Source: an uncultured Caulobacterales bacterium
Lineage (GTDB): Bacteria; Pseudomonadota; Alphaproteobacteria; Caulobacterales; Parvularculaceae
Assembly: GCA_964461925.1 (NCBI GenBank)
Contig: CAYWWL010000002.1
Span: 1-25,867, forward strand
DNA: 25,867 nucleotides
Reading direction: 5' to 3'
Made by a program: the position numbers and the translations under genes
Shown here: one piece after another, positions 17,038-25,867 of the stretch
Layout of the letters: each line of letters opens with the position of its first letter
Position numbering within the stretch: position 1 is the first letter of the stretch
Notes under the pieces: model-generated
Database searches by the model: none
The model's input: the letters and a program-made list of their open reading frames with translations, nothing else
Told to the model about the DNA's origin: nothing

Positions 17038-18239
17038 TCGTGCCCTCTTCAGTTGCCGCCTCGGCCGTTGGGCCGTCCTGATCTTCGACGCTCGGCGTCG
17101 CCACTTCTGCTGGCGCTGCGGAAGACGCGAATTGCGGATGCACGATCGCACCAGATTTTGTCAGCGCAACTCCTTTGACGATGTCGTCGTCCCAATCATT
17201 AGGGAAAGTGCCACTGTCTTTGTCGAAGAATGTGGAAATGAAATTGAAGATATTGCGAGCGTAAAGCGACGACGCATCCGACGGCAATCGCCCCGCGACG
17301 TTTTCAAATCCGACGATCGTCACGCCGCCGACGTCGACCGCTTCGCCTGCTTGGGTCAGAGCGACATTGCCGCCCTGCGCGGCAGCGAGATCAACGATCA
17401 CTGAACCCGGCGCCATCGATCGAACCATCTCTTCACTGATCAATTTCGGCGCAGGTCGGCCGGGGATCAGTGCGGTGGTGATGACGATATTTTGTTTTTT
17501 CACGTGTTCGGCGACGAATTCCGCCTGGCGCGCCTTAAAATCGTCTGACATTTCCTTGGCGTAACCACCTTCGGTCTCGGCCGATTTCATTTCTTCTTCA
17601 TCGACGGTGACGAAATTCGCGCCAAGGCTTTCGACCTGCTCTTTCGCGGCATAGCGAACGTCGGTGGCGGAGACGACGCCGCCTAGACGGCGCGCGGTGA
17701 AGTCCGGCGACGCCCGCGCCCATGACGAACACTTTCGCCGGCGCGATGGTGCCGGCCGCCGTCATCATCATCGGCATTGCGCGTCCATAATAAGCGCATG
17801 CGTCGATAACCGCCTTATAGCCAGCCAAATTGGATTGCGACGACAACACGTCCATCGCCTGAGCCCGAGTGATCCTCGGCATTAAGTCCATGGCGAAAAG
17901 ATCGATTCCCGCCGCCGCGGCTGCTTCTAGCAAATCCTGATTGGCGTGCGGCGCGACAATGGAGATGACAGACTGCCCACGACGGAAGCCGCCGATTTCC
18001 GCCGCCGTCGGCGCTTGCACGCGCAAGACGACGCCAGCATCGGCGATCGCCGTGGCGGCATCGGGCGCAATGCTAGCCCCTGCGTCCTCGAATGCGCTGT
18101 CAGCGAAATTCGATGTTGCGCCAGCGCCAGCTTCGACGACGACGTCAGCGCCAAGGCCAGCCAATTTCTTGACCGTTTCCGGGGAGGCCGCGACCCGCGT
18201 CTCTCCAGGCCTTGTCTCCCTTAAGACGGCAATCTTCAT
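17021..18239 (-). pseudogene. pntAA: NAD(P) transhydrogenase alpha subunit part 1 (domain I), frameshifted by an apparent 11-nt deletion between 17699 and 17698
   Basis: One frame gives MKIAVLRE...RITRAQAMDVLSSQSNLAGYKAV...GAGVAGL; the +1 frame continues [15 protein letters not shown]...[10 protein letters not shown]...[10 protein letters not shown]...DLAAAQGGN. The conserved QAIA between them is missing. The span is 1219 nt, not a multiple of 3. The identity is secure; real pseudogene versus assembly error is unresolved. Confidence 0.85.
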
Positions 18240-18385
18240 AGTTCCTCGCTTGCATGGCGGCGGATCGACGCCGCAGGTGGTGTTGCCGCGACGAGCGACG
18301 GCATACCCGTACAAATATATCCACTCGCGGCGTCATCGCCCGCCGAAGCAGGCGCATATCCGTGCAATCCCGCGGCTATCGCGCG

Positions 18386-18610
18386 CTAGTGGGAGAAAAA
18401 CATTTTTACAATGACGTAGACCAATACATGGGTGACCAGCGCGGCGACAAACGCCGTCACTAAGCCATTCGCCATAACAAGATTAGTGAAGAACATGGTC
18501 AGCGCCATTGAGAACGGCACGCCCACTTCGCTCGAAGCCCGCATCACCGCTTCGTAGGTTTTGCGATTATTTTCTGCATCCGCGCTTGCTTGCGCATTGT
18601 CGTCAGACAT
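18386..18610 (-). CDS. Small membrane protein, probably related to aa3-type cytochrome c oxidase subunit IV
   Basis: GAGGA Shine-Dalgarno before MSDD; D.E..KTYE motif then two hydrophobic segments; such genes usually lie directly upstream of pntA in alphaproteobacteria. Confidence 0.6.
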   Translation of the reverse strand: MSDDNAQASADAENNRKTYEAVMRASSEVGVPFSMALTMFFTNLVMANGLVTAFVAALVTHVLVYVIVKMFFSH

Positions 18611-18742
18611 CTCATCCTCACGCTTCGTCTTGATCGTTGTTTGACGGATTTCAGCCGCTTCGGCAAGGGTTTCCGCCAACTCAGCCGATTGATTCACCGC
18701 CTGAGATTTAGCCAAGAATCGTTGATTTTGAAAGGGTTGGGC

Positions 18743-19717
18743 TCAGAAACCCGCCCGTATAGGCCAAGACGACAATAACGTCCGCAAGACCGAGATAAAG
18801 GCGATCGGCTCCTCCATCATTAAATGATGATGGACGCTGGGAATCTCGATGAATGGAGCGCGTCCCGCGAGATGGCTTTTTTGCGCCTCATACCCCTCGC
18901 CCTTGGCGAAAGCGGAATCGCCGCCATAGATAAACGCAAGCGGACACCGGGCGGCGAGAAACAAATCCCGGTCGAAATGGATGTCAAAATTTGAGCCTTG
19001 GGCTGGATCGAATTTCCACGACCAACCGTTTTCCCCAGATTTAAGCTCATTGGTCAGGCCTTCACGGGCGATATAATCAACCATATAGGCCGCGTCGCAG
19101 GGCTGATTGGGGAGAAAGCGGAATCGGGAAATCGGCTCTTCAATGCTGGCATAGACCCGGTTCTGACGGATTTCGCCCTCATTGCCGTACGGCGACTTTT
19201 TCAGGATGGTATAGCCTTCGTCGGGGTCAGGCTTAGCAATTGGGCTGTCGATCACCACCGCGCCGCCAAGCTCGGCGCCGCGTTTCTCCACCGAGGCTAG
19301 GGTCATCCAGCCGCCAAAACTATGGCCGATCAAAATCGGTCTGCTGACGTCGCCAACGCCAGTGGCGTCGATGACGGCGAAGATCTCGTCGATCGCGCAA
19401 TCCAAATTGTAGGATTCGCGCCAATCACTGTCGCCCATGCCTGACATGTCGAATGCGGCGACCCGGTACTCCGACGCCAGAAACGGGGCGAACGGTCGCC
19501 ACCAATTGCGATGGGCGCGGCCGCCATGCACGAAAATCAAGCCTTTGCGGCCGCGTTCGCCCCATGCCGAGTAACGAATATTCGCTCCAGCGACCTCCAC
19601 CGCCCCTTCCTCAGAAGGCGCATTGATCGCCCATTCAAACCAATCCGGCGCTGGTGGTTTGCGGCCATTCAAATGCTCCAACGGGCGAATAAGGTCTTTT
19701 TTCTTGGCGTCGGTCAT
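18743..19717 (-). CDS. Alpha/beta hydrolase
   Basis: IFVHGGRAH, DMSGMGDS, nucleophile elbow GHSFGG, HHHLMMEEP. Confidence 0.9.
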   Translation of the reverse strand: MTDAKKKDLIRPLEHLNGRKPPAPDWFEWAINAPSEEGAVEVAGANIRYSAWGERGRKGLIFVHGGRAHRNWWRPFAPFLASEYRVAAFDMSGMGDSDWRESYNLDCAIDEIFAVIDATGVGDVSRPILIGHSFGGWMTLASVEKRGAELGGAVVIDSPIAKPDPDEGYTILKKSPYGNEGEIRQNRVYASIEEPISRFRFLPNQPCDAAYMVDYIAREGLTNELKSGENGWSWKFDPAQGSNFDIHFDRDLFLAARCPLAFIYGGDSAFAKGEGYEAQKSHLAGRAPFIEIPSVHHHLMMEEPIAFISVLRTLLSSWPIRAGF

Positions 19718-19807
19718 AAGATTCTATCCATGCAAGCGGATCGGCGGCGGCGAAAAAAGACCTTATTCGCCCGTTGGAGCATTTGAATACTAAAAATTGG
19801 TCATTCG

Positions 19808-19823
19808 TAAACGCACTCTTAAC
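19808..19823 (+). promoter_or_regulatory. CtrA-like box upstream of tacA
   Basis: TAAA-CGCACTC-TTAAC against consensus TTAA-N7-TTAAC; tacA is a known CtrA target in Caulobacter. Confidence 0.7.
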
Positions 19824-19935
19824 AGCGGCGCCGTCGAGCTGTCGCGGCGCCCCGGAATGAAACGCTTTTAACGCGATCTTCAGCTGCGTCCGGTATTTCT
19901 TCCACAGAAGACAATTCAGGACCTCAGACACGACG

Positions 19936-21426
19936 ATGGCCCAGCATATTCTTATTGTTGACGACGACCCAACCCAACGCCGCCTAATGCAGGCTGTTTG
20001 CGAAAAGGCGGGATACGCCACATTCCAAGCAGACACCGGCGAAGCGGCGCTCGCGCTCCTGCAAAGCGAGAACGGTTCACTGGTCAGTTTGATCATGCTT
20101 GACCTACGCATGCCTGGTCTTGGCGGCATGGAAACGCTGAAGCGCGTTAAATCCTTGCAAGAGGAATTGCCAGTGATCGTGCTCACCGCCCAAGGCGGCA
20201 TCGATACGGTAGTCGAGGCGATGCAGAACGGCGCGGCGGATTTCTTCGTCAAGCCGGCGTCGCCGGAACGCGTCGTGGTCTCCATCAACAACGCCCTCAA
20301 CATGACGACGTTAAAAGGCGAAGTGTCGCGCCTTAAACGGAAGAAAGAAGGCGCGATGGGGTTCAAGGATCTCGTCGGCGACAGTCCGGCTCTGCGCAAT
20401 GTCGTCCGTCTTGGCGAACGCGCCGCGGCGTCGACCATCCCTATCCTGATCACGGGCGAGTCTGGCGTCGGCAAGGAAATGATCGCTCGCGCCATCCAAG
20501 GGTCGTCGACCCGCGCCGGCCTTCCCTTCGTAACCGTGAATTGCGGCGCTATCCCTGAAAACCTCGTGGAAAGCATTCTGTTCGGCCACGAGAAGGGCTC
20601 GTTCACCGGCGCGTCCGCGAAACACATCGGTAAATTTCAAGAAGCTGACGGCGGGACGCTATTCCTCGACGAAGTCGGCGAACTGCCCATGGACATGCAA
20701 GTGAAGTTGCTCCGTGTCCTACAGGAAGGCGAAGTCGACCCAATTGGCGCAAAACGGCCTGTGAAGGTCAATGTCCGGGTCGTATCCGCCACAAATCGCG
20801 ACCTCGCAGACGAAGTCGCCATCGGCCGTTTCCGAGAAGACCTATTCTATCGCCTCAACGTGTTCCCAGTGCATATGCCGCCATTGCGCGACCGCATGGA
20901 GGACATTCCGGCGCTGATTGAACACTTCATAAAACGCTATAACGCCGAAGAGCGACGCAATGTTCGCGGCGTGCAACACGAAGTTTTGGAAGTCCTCACG
21001 CGGCAACCATGGCCAGGCAATATCCGCCAGCTTGAGAACACGATCTTCCGTGCGGTTGTGCTCGCCGAAGGCGCCTACCTTACGGCGGCTGACTTCCCGC
21101 TTCTCGCCGCCGAGTTTGAAGCGGCCGGAATCGACAATGGTCCGCCAATGGTGACCGACGAGGACGTCGATCTTGACGAAGACGGCGACTATGACGCGCC
21201 GCCGGCCCTACTGGTCGACCATGGCGCGACGGTCGACGCGTTCGAAGTCTTCGATCGCGACGGCAATCTACGGTCGCTTCAGGACATTGAACGCGATCTC
21301 ATCGAGCTGGCGATCGACACTTATAATGGACAAATGTCAGAAGTCGCGCGCCGCCTTGGCATGGGGCGTTCGACTCTGTACCGCAAATTGCGCGACCATG
21401 GATTGACCGTCAAGCGCGCGAGCTAA
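19936..21426 (+). CDS. tacA: Sigma54-dependent response regulator (REC-AAA+-HTH), TacA-like
   Basis: [93 protein letters not shown]; CtrA box and gapR neighbourhood support the ortholog call. Confidence 0.88.
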   Translation: MAQHILIVDDDPTQRRLMQAVCEKAGYATFQADTGEAALALLQSENGSLVSLIMLDLRMPGLGGMETLKRVKSLQEELPVIVLTAQGGIDTVVEAMQNGAADFFVKPASPERVVVSINNALNMTTLKGEVSRLKRKKEGAMGFKDLVGDSPALRNVVRLGERAAASTIPILITGESGVGKEMIARAIQGSSTRAGLPFVTVNCGAIPENLVESILFGHEKGSFTGASAKHIGKFQEADGGTLFLDEVGELPMDMQVKLLRVLQEGEVDPIGAKRPVKVNVRVVSATNRDLADEVAIGRFREDLFYRLNVFPVHMPPLRDRMEDIPALIEHFIKRYNAEERRNVRGVQHEVLEVLTRQPWPGNIRQLENTIFRAVVLAEGAYLTAADFPLLAAEFEAAGIDNGPPMVTDEDVDLDEDGDYDAPPALLVDHGATVDAFEVFDRDGNLRSLQDIERDLIELAIDTYNGQMSEVARRLGMGRSTLYRKLRDHGLTVKRAS

Positions 21427-21432
21427 ACGCGC

Positions 21433-21723
21433 CTAAAACTCGCCGATCGCGCTCAGATATAAGTCAAGCAAGGCTTCTTGCTCCTGGCGATCGGCTTGAT
21501 CCATCTTCCGTAGGCGAATAATTTGCCGAAGGACCTTGGTGTCGTAGCCCTCGCCTTTGGCTTCGGCGTAGACTTCCTTCATGTCGCCCATGATGGTTTG
21601 CTTTTCTTCTTCGAGCCGTTCGACCCGTTCAATAAAGCCGCGCAAGCGTTCCGCCGCGACGCCGCCTGTATTGACGCTGCTTGATTGATCGTCGACCTGC
21701 CCGAGAACTGCTCCGTCCGCCAT
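21433..21723 (-). CDS. gapR: GapR nucleoid-associated protein (DUF2312)
   Basis: [19 protein letters not shown]...[27 protein letters not shown]...EQEALLDLY; GGAG Shine-Dalgarno before ATG 21723. Confidence 0.92.
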   Translation of the reverse strand: MADGAVLGQVDDQSSSVNTGGVAAERLRGFIERVERLEEEKQTIMGDMKEVYAEAKGEGYDTKVLRQIIRLRKMDQADRQEQEALLDLYLSAIGEF

Positions 21724-21860
21724 ACGCGCTCCATCTTCACTGGACCGCCATGCTAAACCCGCATCGGCGTCGAGAGACAAGCGCTCTCGTCGGTTCTGGG
21801 GAAAAATCGGAAAACTTGTACGGCAGAACGGCGGATTGCAAAGGCGTCAAGGCGGAGAGA

Positions 21861-22406
21861 TTATATCTCCTGACCTTCCAGCTTGCTTCGAAGCTCCCGC
21901 GCCATCTCGAGGGCGGTTTCGTTATGCGGATGCCAAACGAGCGCGTCTTGGATCATGGCGTGGGCGGTCTCATGATCGCCACGCGCCAGGTAGAGTTCAG
22001 CGAGGGACAAACGGGCCTGGAAATGCCGAGGCTCGCGATCGATTGCGGCGCGGTAATCTTCCGCAGCGCCAGCCGCGTTATTGGTCCGGCCACGAATGTA
22101 TCCCCGCATCATGTACGCTTCCGCAAAGCTCGGCGAAAGCCCGATCACATGGTCCAAAAGCGCGGTGGCGACGGTCCAATCTTCGCGATCGATGCTGATT
22201 AAGGCGCGCTTGATCAAGACATCGGCGGTGTCGCTCTGGGAATCCGCCCAAATCATACGAATCCGATCGGCGATCGCCTCGGCGTCATTGGCGTCGCCTT
22301 GGCGCAATTCCTCGAACAACCCCTCGAGTCGCGGATCGGTCTGATCAGCGACAGCAGGGGATTGGACGGCGACCAAGGCCGTGAGGACAGCGAGAATAAG
22401 CCTCAT
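21861..22406 (-). CDS. Exported tetratricopeptide-repeat protein
   Basis: Signal peptide (..SPAVA), DQTDPRLEGLFEEL, TPR pattern PSFAEAYMMRG...AIDREPRHFQARLSLA. Confidence 0.82.
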   Translation of the reverse strand: MRLILAVLTALVAVQSPAVADQTDPRLEGLFEELRQGDANDAEAIADRIRMIWADSQSDTADVLIKRALISIDREDWTVATALLDHVIGLSPSFAEAYMMRGYIRGRTNNAAGAAEDYRAAIDREPRHFQARLSLAELYLARGDHETAHAMIQDALVWHPHNETALEMARELRSKLEGQEI

Positions 22407-22557
22407 ACCGCAAAACGTAGCCGCCCGAGCGCCGTAATCAAGCTTAAAGGCTTCAAATTGCGGGCGAAATTGGCCTGGGCAGCGAAACCTGTGGTTTCGG
22501 CGCCGAAATCCGGCTCGGATAATCGAGGATACGCGGCCAAAATGGCCGATTCAGCCG

Positions 22558-22683
22558 TTAACCTTGGCGGGCCTTAAACCGCTTTTGGGTCTTGTTGATC
22601 ACATAGACCCGGCCTTTGCGGCGCACGACTCGGCAATCCTTATGACGGTTTTTCAAGGACTTCAGGGAGCTTCTGACTTTCAT
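22558..22683 (-). CDS. rpmJ: 50S ribosomal protein L36, YkgO-type without the zinc ribbon (absent from the ORF track)
   Basis: Translated by hand: [41 protein letters not shown], 41 aa. Confidence 0.96.
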   Translation of the reverse strand: MKVRSSLKSLKNRHKDCRVVRRKGRVYVINKTQKRFKARQG

Positions 22684-22726
22684 CACTCTTCTCAATCGTG
22701 CGTTTTAGGTTGGTTTTGAACGCGCG

Positions 22727-22755
22727 GGGGTACATCCCAAGCCGCCGATTGTCAA
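22727..22755 (-). promoter_or_regulatory. Putative sigma70 promoter of rpmJ
   Basis: TTGACA-N17-TACCCC on the - strand, starting 2 nt after the pdeM stop codon. Confidence 0.6.
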
Positions 22756-22756
22756 C

Positions 22757-23497
22757 TCAGGCCCGGCGCTCGCCGCCAAGTTTCTGCCAATCGAATTGCC
22801 GATCCGCCACCAATCGCGAGGTCGACACCGGGTAAACGCCCTTGGATCCAATAATCCACACGGCGAAACCGCCAAAAAGCCCAGAAATAGCCGAGTCCAG
22901 CACGTTTAGCCCGCCAGTGAACGCCCCATATGACGGCATGATCAACCGGCTGCGATCGGCAATGAAGCATCGCCGGCGCAGGGATCCATGGGATAGGATT
23001 ACCCGCGCGCAGGGATGTAAATGGCCAGCCACCTCGCCTGGTTCCGGCGATTCCTTCGGTTCATGGGTGAGAAATAGCCCGCCGAGACGAACCGATTCGC
23101 GCACCTCCCCGGCGAAGCGATTACTGGGGGCCGGGTCGTGATTGCCGCGTAACCATATCCACTCGGTCTCGGTCGTTAGCTGCTGCAACATGGCGACATC
23201 GTCCTCGGCCATGCGCGCCTCAGCCTCGGGATCGTGAAATGAATCGCCAAGCGAAATCACCGTCGCCGGCCGCCATTGGTCGATGGACTTCCTTAATTGG
23301 GCCAAGGTGGCGCGGGTGTCGTAGGGCGGCAGCATCACCCCGCGTCGAGCGAAAGACGAACCTTTCTCAAAATGCAGGTCCGCCACCAGAAGGGTCCGTC
23401 GCGCCGGCCAATAGGCCCCGCCACACGGCAAAGGGAATAAGCTTTCGCCATTCACGACGATATTCGGGAATTGGCTGTCGCCCGCCTCACCTGTCAT
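22757..23497 (-). CDS. pdeM: Ligase-associated DNA damage response metallophosphoesterase/endonuclease PdeM (MPE)
   Basis: ADLHFEKG, PPYDTRATL, LGDSFHD, GNHD, HEP, GHLHP, MPSYGAFTGGLNV; overlaps the Lhr stop. Confidence 0.92.
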   Translation of the reverse strand: MTGEAGDSQFPNIVVNGESLFPLPCGGAYWPARRTLLVADLHFEKGSSFARRGVMLPPYDTRATLAQLRKSIDQWRPATVISLGDSFHDPEAEARMAEDDVAMLQQLTTETEWIWLRGNHDPAPSNRFAGEVRESVRLGGLFLTHEPKESPEPGEVAGHLHPCARVILSHGSLRRRCFIADRSRLIMPSYGAFTGGLNVLDSAISGLFGGFAVWIIGSKGVYPVSTSRLVADRQFDWQKLGGERRA

Positions 23498-25867
23498 CAA
23501 GTCCGTCCTCACCTTTTGGCGCCGCAGCCGCATCTTGTGCAGGGGCCATCGCTAATTTGGCCAACTTTTCTAAATCCGCCTCCGCGGCTTCGCGGAGCAT
23601 TTCTTCACGCGCCTCGCCAGCCACCGGATCGCGATTGATTTCTAGCATGACCGGTACCGCCAAAGGCGACAAGCGGTCTAAACGTTGGTGCCGCACGCCG
23701 CCGCGCACCCGAGCGAGCAGCTCTTGCAATCGTTTCAGATCAAGATAGCCGCCGGCCGCGTCGGCCCAAGCCGCCCGCAATAGAATATGATCGGGTTCAT
23801 GCTCTTTGAGCACGTCGAAAATCAAATCGGATGAAAACGTCACTTGCCGTCCGGTTTTTTGTTGCCCGGGATAACGGCGTTCAACGAGGCCGGCGATGAC
23901 CGCGCAATTTCGGAATGTGCGTTTCATCAAAATCGATTGTTGCAACCATGATTCAAGATCGTCGCCGAGCATATCTTCGTCGAACAGGGCGGCCATATCG
24001 ATGCCGTCCAGAGGTTTGCGCCCCCATACCGACAAAGAATATTCCGTCGCTACAAATCCGAGCGGCTGGGCGCCGGCGCGTTCGAGGCGACGGGTGATCA
24101 AGGTGCCGAGGGTTTGGTGCGCTAAGATCCCGTCAAAGGGATAGCACACCAGGAAATGCTTGTTCCTGTTCGGAAAGGTTTCCACCAAGAGTTCATCGAC
24201 GCCTGGGATGACCGAATTCAGTTTCTGCATTTCCAGCCATTCCCGGATCGGATCCGGCAGGCTCGACCAGGCCGCTTCGTTATGAATGAGGCGCCGTACG
24301 CGATCGGCGAGATAGGATGACAAAGGAAAGCGCCCACCGCCCCAAATAGGGATCTTGGGGTCCTCGCCAGGGGCCCGGGTGACGAGAACGTCGGCCCCCA
24401 TCACCCCTTCGAACCGCAATATTTCACCGGCGAACAAAAACGTATCCCCCGGCGTCATGCTCTCAAAATAGTGCTCTTCCATAGTGCCGAGTTTGCGCCC
24501 GGGCCGTTTCGGGCCCTTCGCCGATGTGAGCCGGACGTTCAATGACGCCGACTCAACGATGACGCCGACATTCATGCGGTATTGCTGAGCCGCGCGGCCG
24601 TCGCGAATGCGATAGCGGCCGTCCGGATCCTGAACGATCCGCTTAAATCGGTCGTAACGTCGGAGCGCATAGCCGCCCGACGCCGCGAACTCCAAGGCCT
24701 CGTCAAAAACATGGCGCTCGAGTTTCGCATAGGCCGAGGCGGCGACGACCTCATGATAAAGATCATCCGCGCTGAAAGGTCCGGCGCAGGCGCACCCCAG
24801 AATGTGTTGGGTCAGCACGTCCAGCGCGCCAACGCGCCATGGCTCGCCGTCAAGAGCGCCCTCTTCGATCGCATCCTTCGCCGCAAGGCACTCAAGCACC
24901 GAAAATCTGTTATCCGGCACCATCAGCGCCTCGGACGGCTCATTCATTCTGTGATTGGCTCGGCCGATACGTTGGGTCAGCCGGCTAGCGCCCTTTGGCG
25001 CGCCGATTTGGATCACAAGGTCCACATCCCCCCAATCTATGCCTAGATCAAGCGTCGACGTGCAGACCACGGCGCGTAGATCGCCACGGGCCATGGCAGC
25101 TTCAACTTTGCGACGCCGTTCGACATCGAGGGAGCCATGGTGCAAGGCGATGGCCAGACCGTCGTCATTAAGATTCCAAAGCGCTTGGAACGTCATCTCC
25201 GCTTGGCTACGGGTGTTGACGAACACCAGCGTCATGCCAGCGGCCTTGATCGCTTCATAAACGTCTGCCCATGCGTGGCGAGCCGAATGCCCAGACCAAG
25301 GAATCCGGTTTTCCGAATTCAACACCCGGACACGGGCCGCCGCGCCGCCCTCCGCCCGAATCAACCGCGCCCTCGGTTCTGCGCCCTTGGCCGAGACGGA
25401 CGGCGGCGTCAGGTAATCGAGCAACGCATCAGGTTCCGGGACGGTCGCGGATAAACCAACCAATCGCACGCCCGGGGCGATACGCCGTAATCGCGCGAGG
25501 CCCAGGGACAAAAGATGCCCGCGCTTAGTATTGGCGAACGCATGCAACTCATCCAGCACGACGGCTTGCAAGTTGGCGAAATAATCCGCCGCGTCCGGTT
25601 GCGCCAATAGTAATGCCGTTTGTTCTGGGGTCGTCAGCAAGATGTCAGGCGGTGTCGTCTTTTGCCGCTGCCGTCGCGCTGGCGGCGTATCGCCAGTCCG
25701 CGTCTCCACCTTGATCGGCAATTCCATGTCCGCGATCGGCGTCTGCACATTGCGGGCGATGTCCACGGCCAAAGCTTTGAGCGGCGATATATATAGGGTG
25801 TGCAGGCGCGCGACCGGCGCTGGGCTCGCCGCAAGATCGATTAGGCTTGGCAAGAACCCCGCCAAGG
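23487..25867 (-). CDS. lhr: Ligase-associated DNA damage response DEXH helicase (Lhr-core), 5' end cut off by the window edge
   Basis: TLAGFLP just after the expected Walker A, YISPLKAL, RTGDT, DELH, LSAT, HHGSL, TSTLDLGID, QRIGRANH. Confidence 0.93.
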   Translation of the reverse strand, partial: LAGFLPSLIDLAASPAPVARLHTLYISPLKALAVDIARNVQTPIADMELPIKVETRTGDTPPARRQRQKTTPPDILLTTPEQTALLLAQPDAADYFANLQAVVLDELHAFANTKRGHLLSLGLARLRRIAPGVRLVGLSATVPEPDALLDYLTPPSVSAKGAEPRARLIRAEGGAAARVRVLNSENRIPWSGHSARHAWADVYEAIKAAGMTLVFVNTRSQAEMTFQALWNLNDDGLAIALHHGSLDVERRRKVEAAMARGDLRAVVCTSTLDLGIDWGDVDLVIQIGAPKGASRLTQRIGRANHRMNEPSEALMVPDNRFSVLECLAAKDAIEEGALDGEPWRVGALDVLTQHILGCACAGPFSADDLYHEVVAASAYAKLERHVFDEALEFAASGGYALRRYDRFKRIVQDPDGRYRIRDGRAAQQYRMNVGVIVESASLNVRLTSAKGPKRPGRKLGTMEEHYFESMTPGDTFLFAGEILRFEGVMGADVLVTRAPGEDPKIPIWGGGRFPLSSYLADRVRRLIHNEAAWSSLPDPIREWLEMQKLNSVIPGVDELLVETFPNRNKHFLVCYPFDGILAHQTLGTLITRRLERAGAQPLGFVATEYSLSVWGRKPLDGIDMAALFDEDMLGDDLESWLQQSILMKRTFRNCAVIAGLVERRYPGQQKTGRQVTFSSDLIFDVLKEHEPDHILLRAAWADAAGGYLDLKRLQELLARVRGGVRHQRLDRLSPLAVPVMLEINRDPVAGEAREEMLREAAEADLEKLAKLAMAPAQDAAAAPKGEDGLDDR

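Noticed and set aside
17690-17710. Programmed ribosomal frameshift as the explanation for split pntAA
   Set aside because: There is no slippery run at the junction, and a frameshift alone would still leave out about four conserved residues (QAIA) of the Rossmann helix. A deletion explains it better.
17598-18314. Track ORFs 17598-18314 and 17021-17590 as two genuine separate genes
   Set aside because: They are two halves of one PntAA domain. The 34-residue Arg-rich tail is out-of-frame sequence, and the N-terminal 25 residues lie upstream of the Shine-Dalgarno-supported ATG at 18239.
19635-20627. 330-aa antisense ORF opposite tacA
   Set aside because: It is a shadow of a GC-rich gene with no recognisable motif and a Ser/Arg/Pro-rich composition.
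1-25867. Mobile elements, prophage, defence systems, tRNA or rRNA
   Set aside because: I saw no integrase, transposase, terminal repeats, compositional island or cloverleaf. Long intergenic gaps are explained by rpsU, rpmJ, promoters and terminators.

Overview
A roughly 26 kb stretch of core alphaproteobacterial chromosome. The gene content resembles the Caulobacter cell-cycle system, so a Parvularculales/Caulobacterales-like organism is my inference. I see no mobile element, CRISPR array, rRNA or tRNA. Housekeeping genes include thrC, rpmE, ubiX, purE-purK, rpsU, pntAA-pntAB-pntB and rpmJ. Mixed among them are cell-cycle and chromosome regulators (rcdA, trcR/DUF1013, a DgcA-like diguanylate cyclase, tacA, gapR), several DUF genes, and the 3' part of a Lhr helicase-PdeM DNA-repair pair at the right edge. 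Two real genes are missing from the supplied ORF track: rpsU (12542-12751, which can only start at CTG) and rpmJ (22558-22683). The most unusual observations are: (1) pntAA is broken by an apparent 11-nt deletion right after its NAD-binding GxGxxG motif; (2) a paraoxonase-like protein, apparently co-transcribed with thrC, keeps the calcium site but lacks the catalytic histidines; (3) an SDR-fold protein has lost its catalytic YxxxK and its glycine motif; (4) a DUF465-ubiX-TIGR02444-DUF465 module sits near a COQ9-like gene; (5) CtrA-like boxes, GANTC clusters and a hairpin-rich intergenic region are present. I found no clearly new multi-gene system. All family calls come from motif recognition by eye, with no database search.
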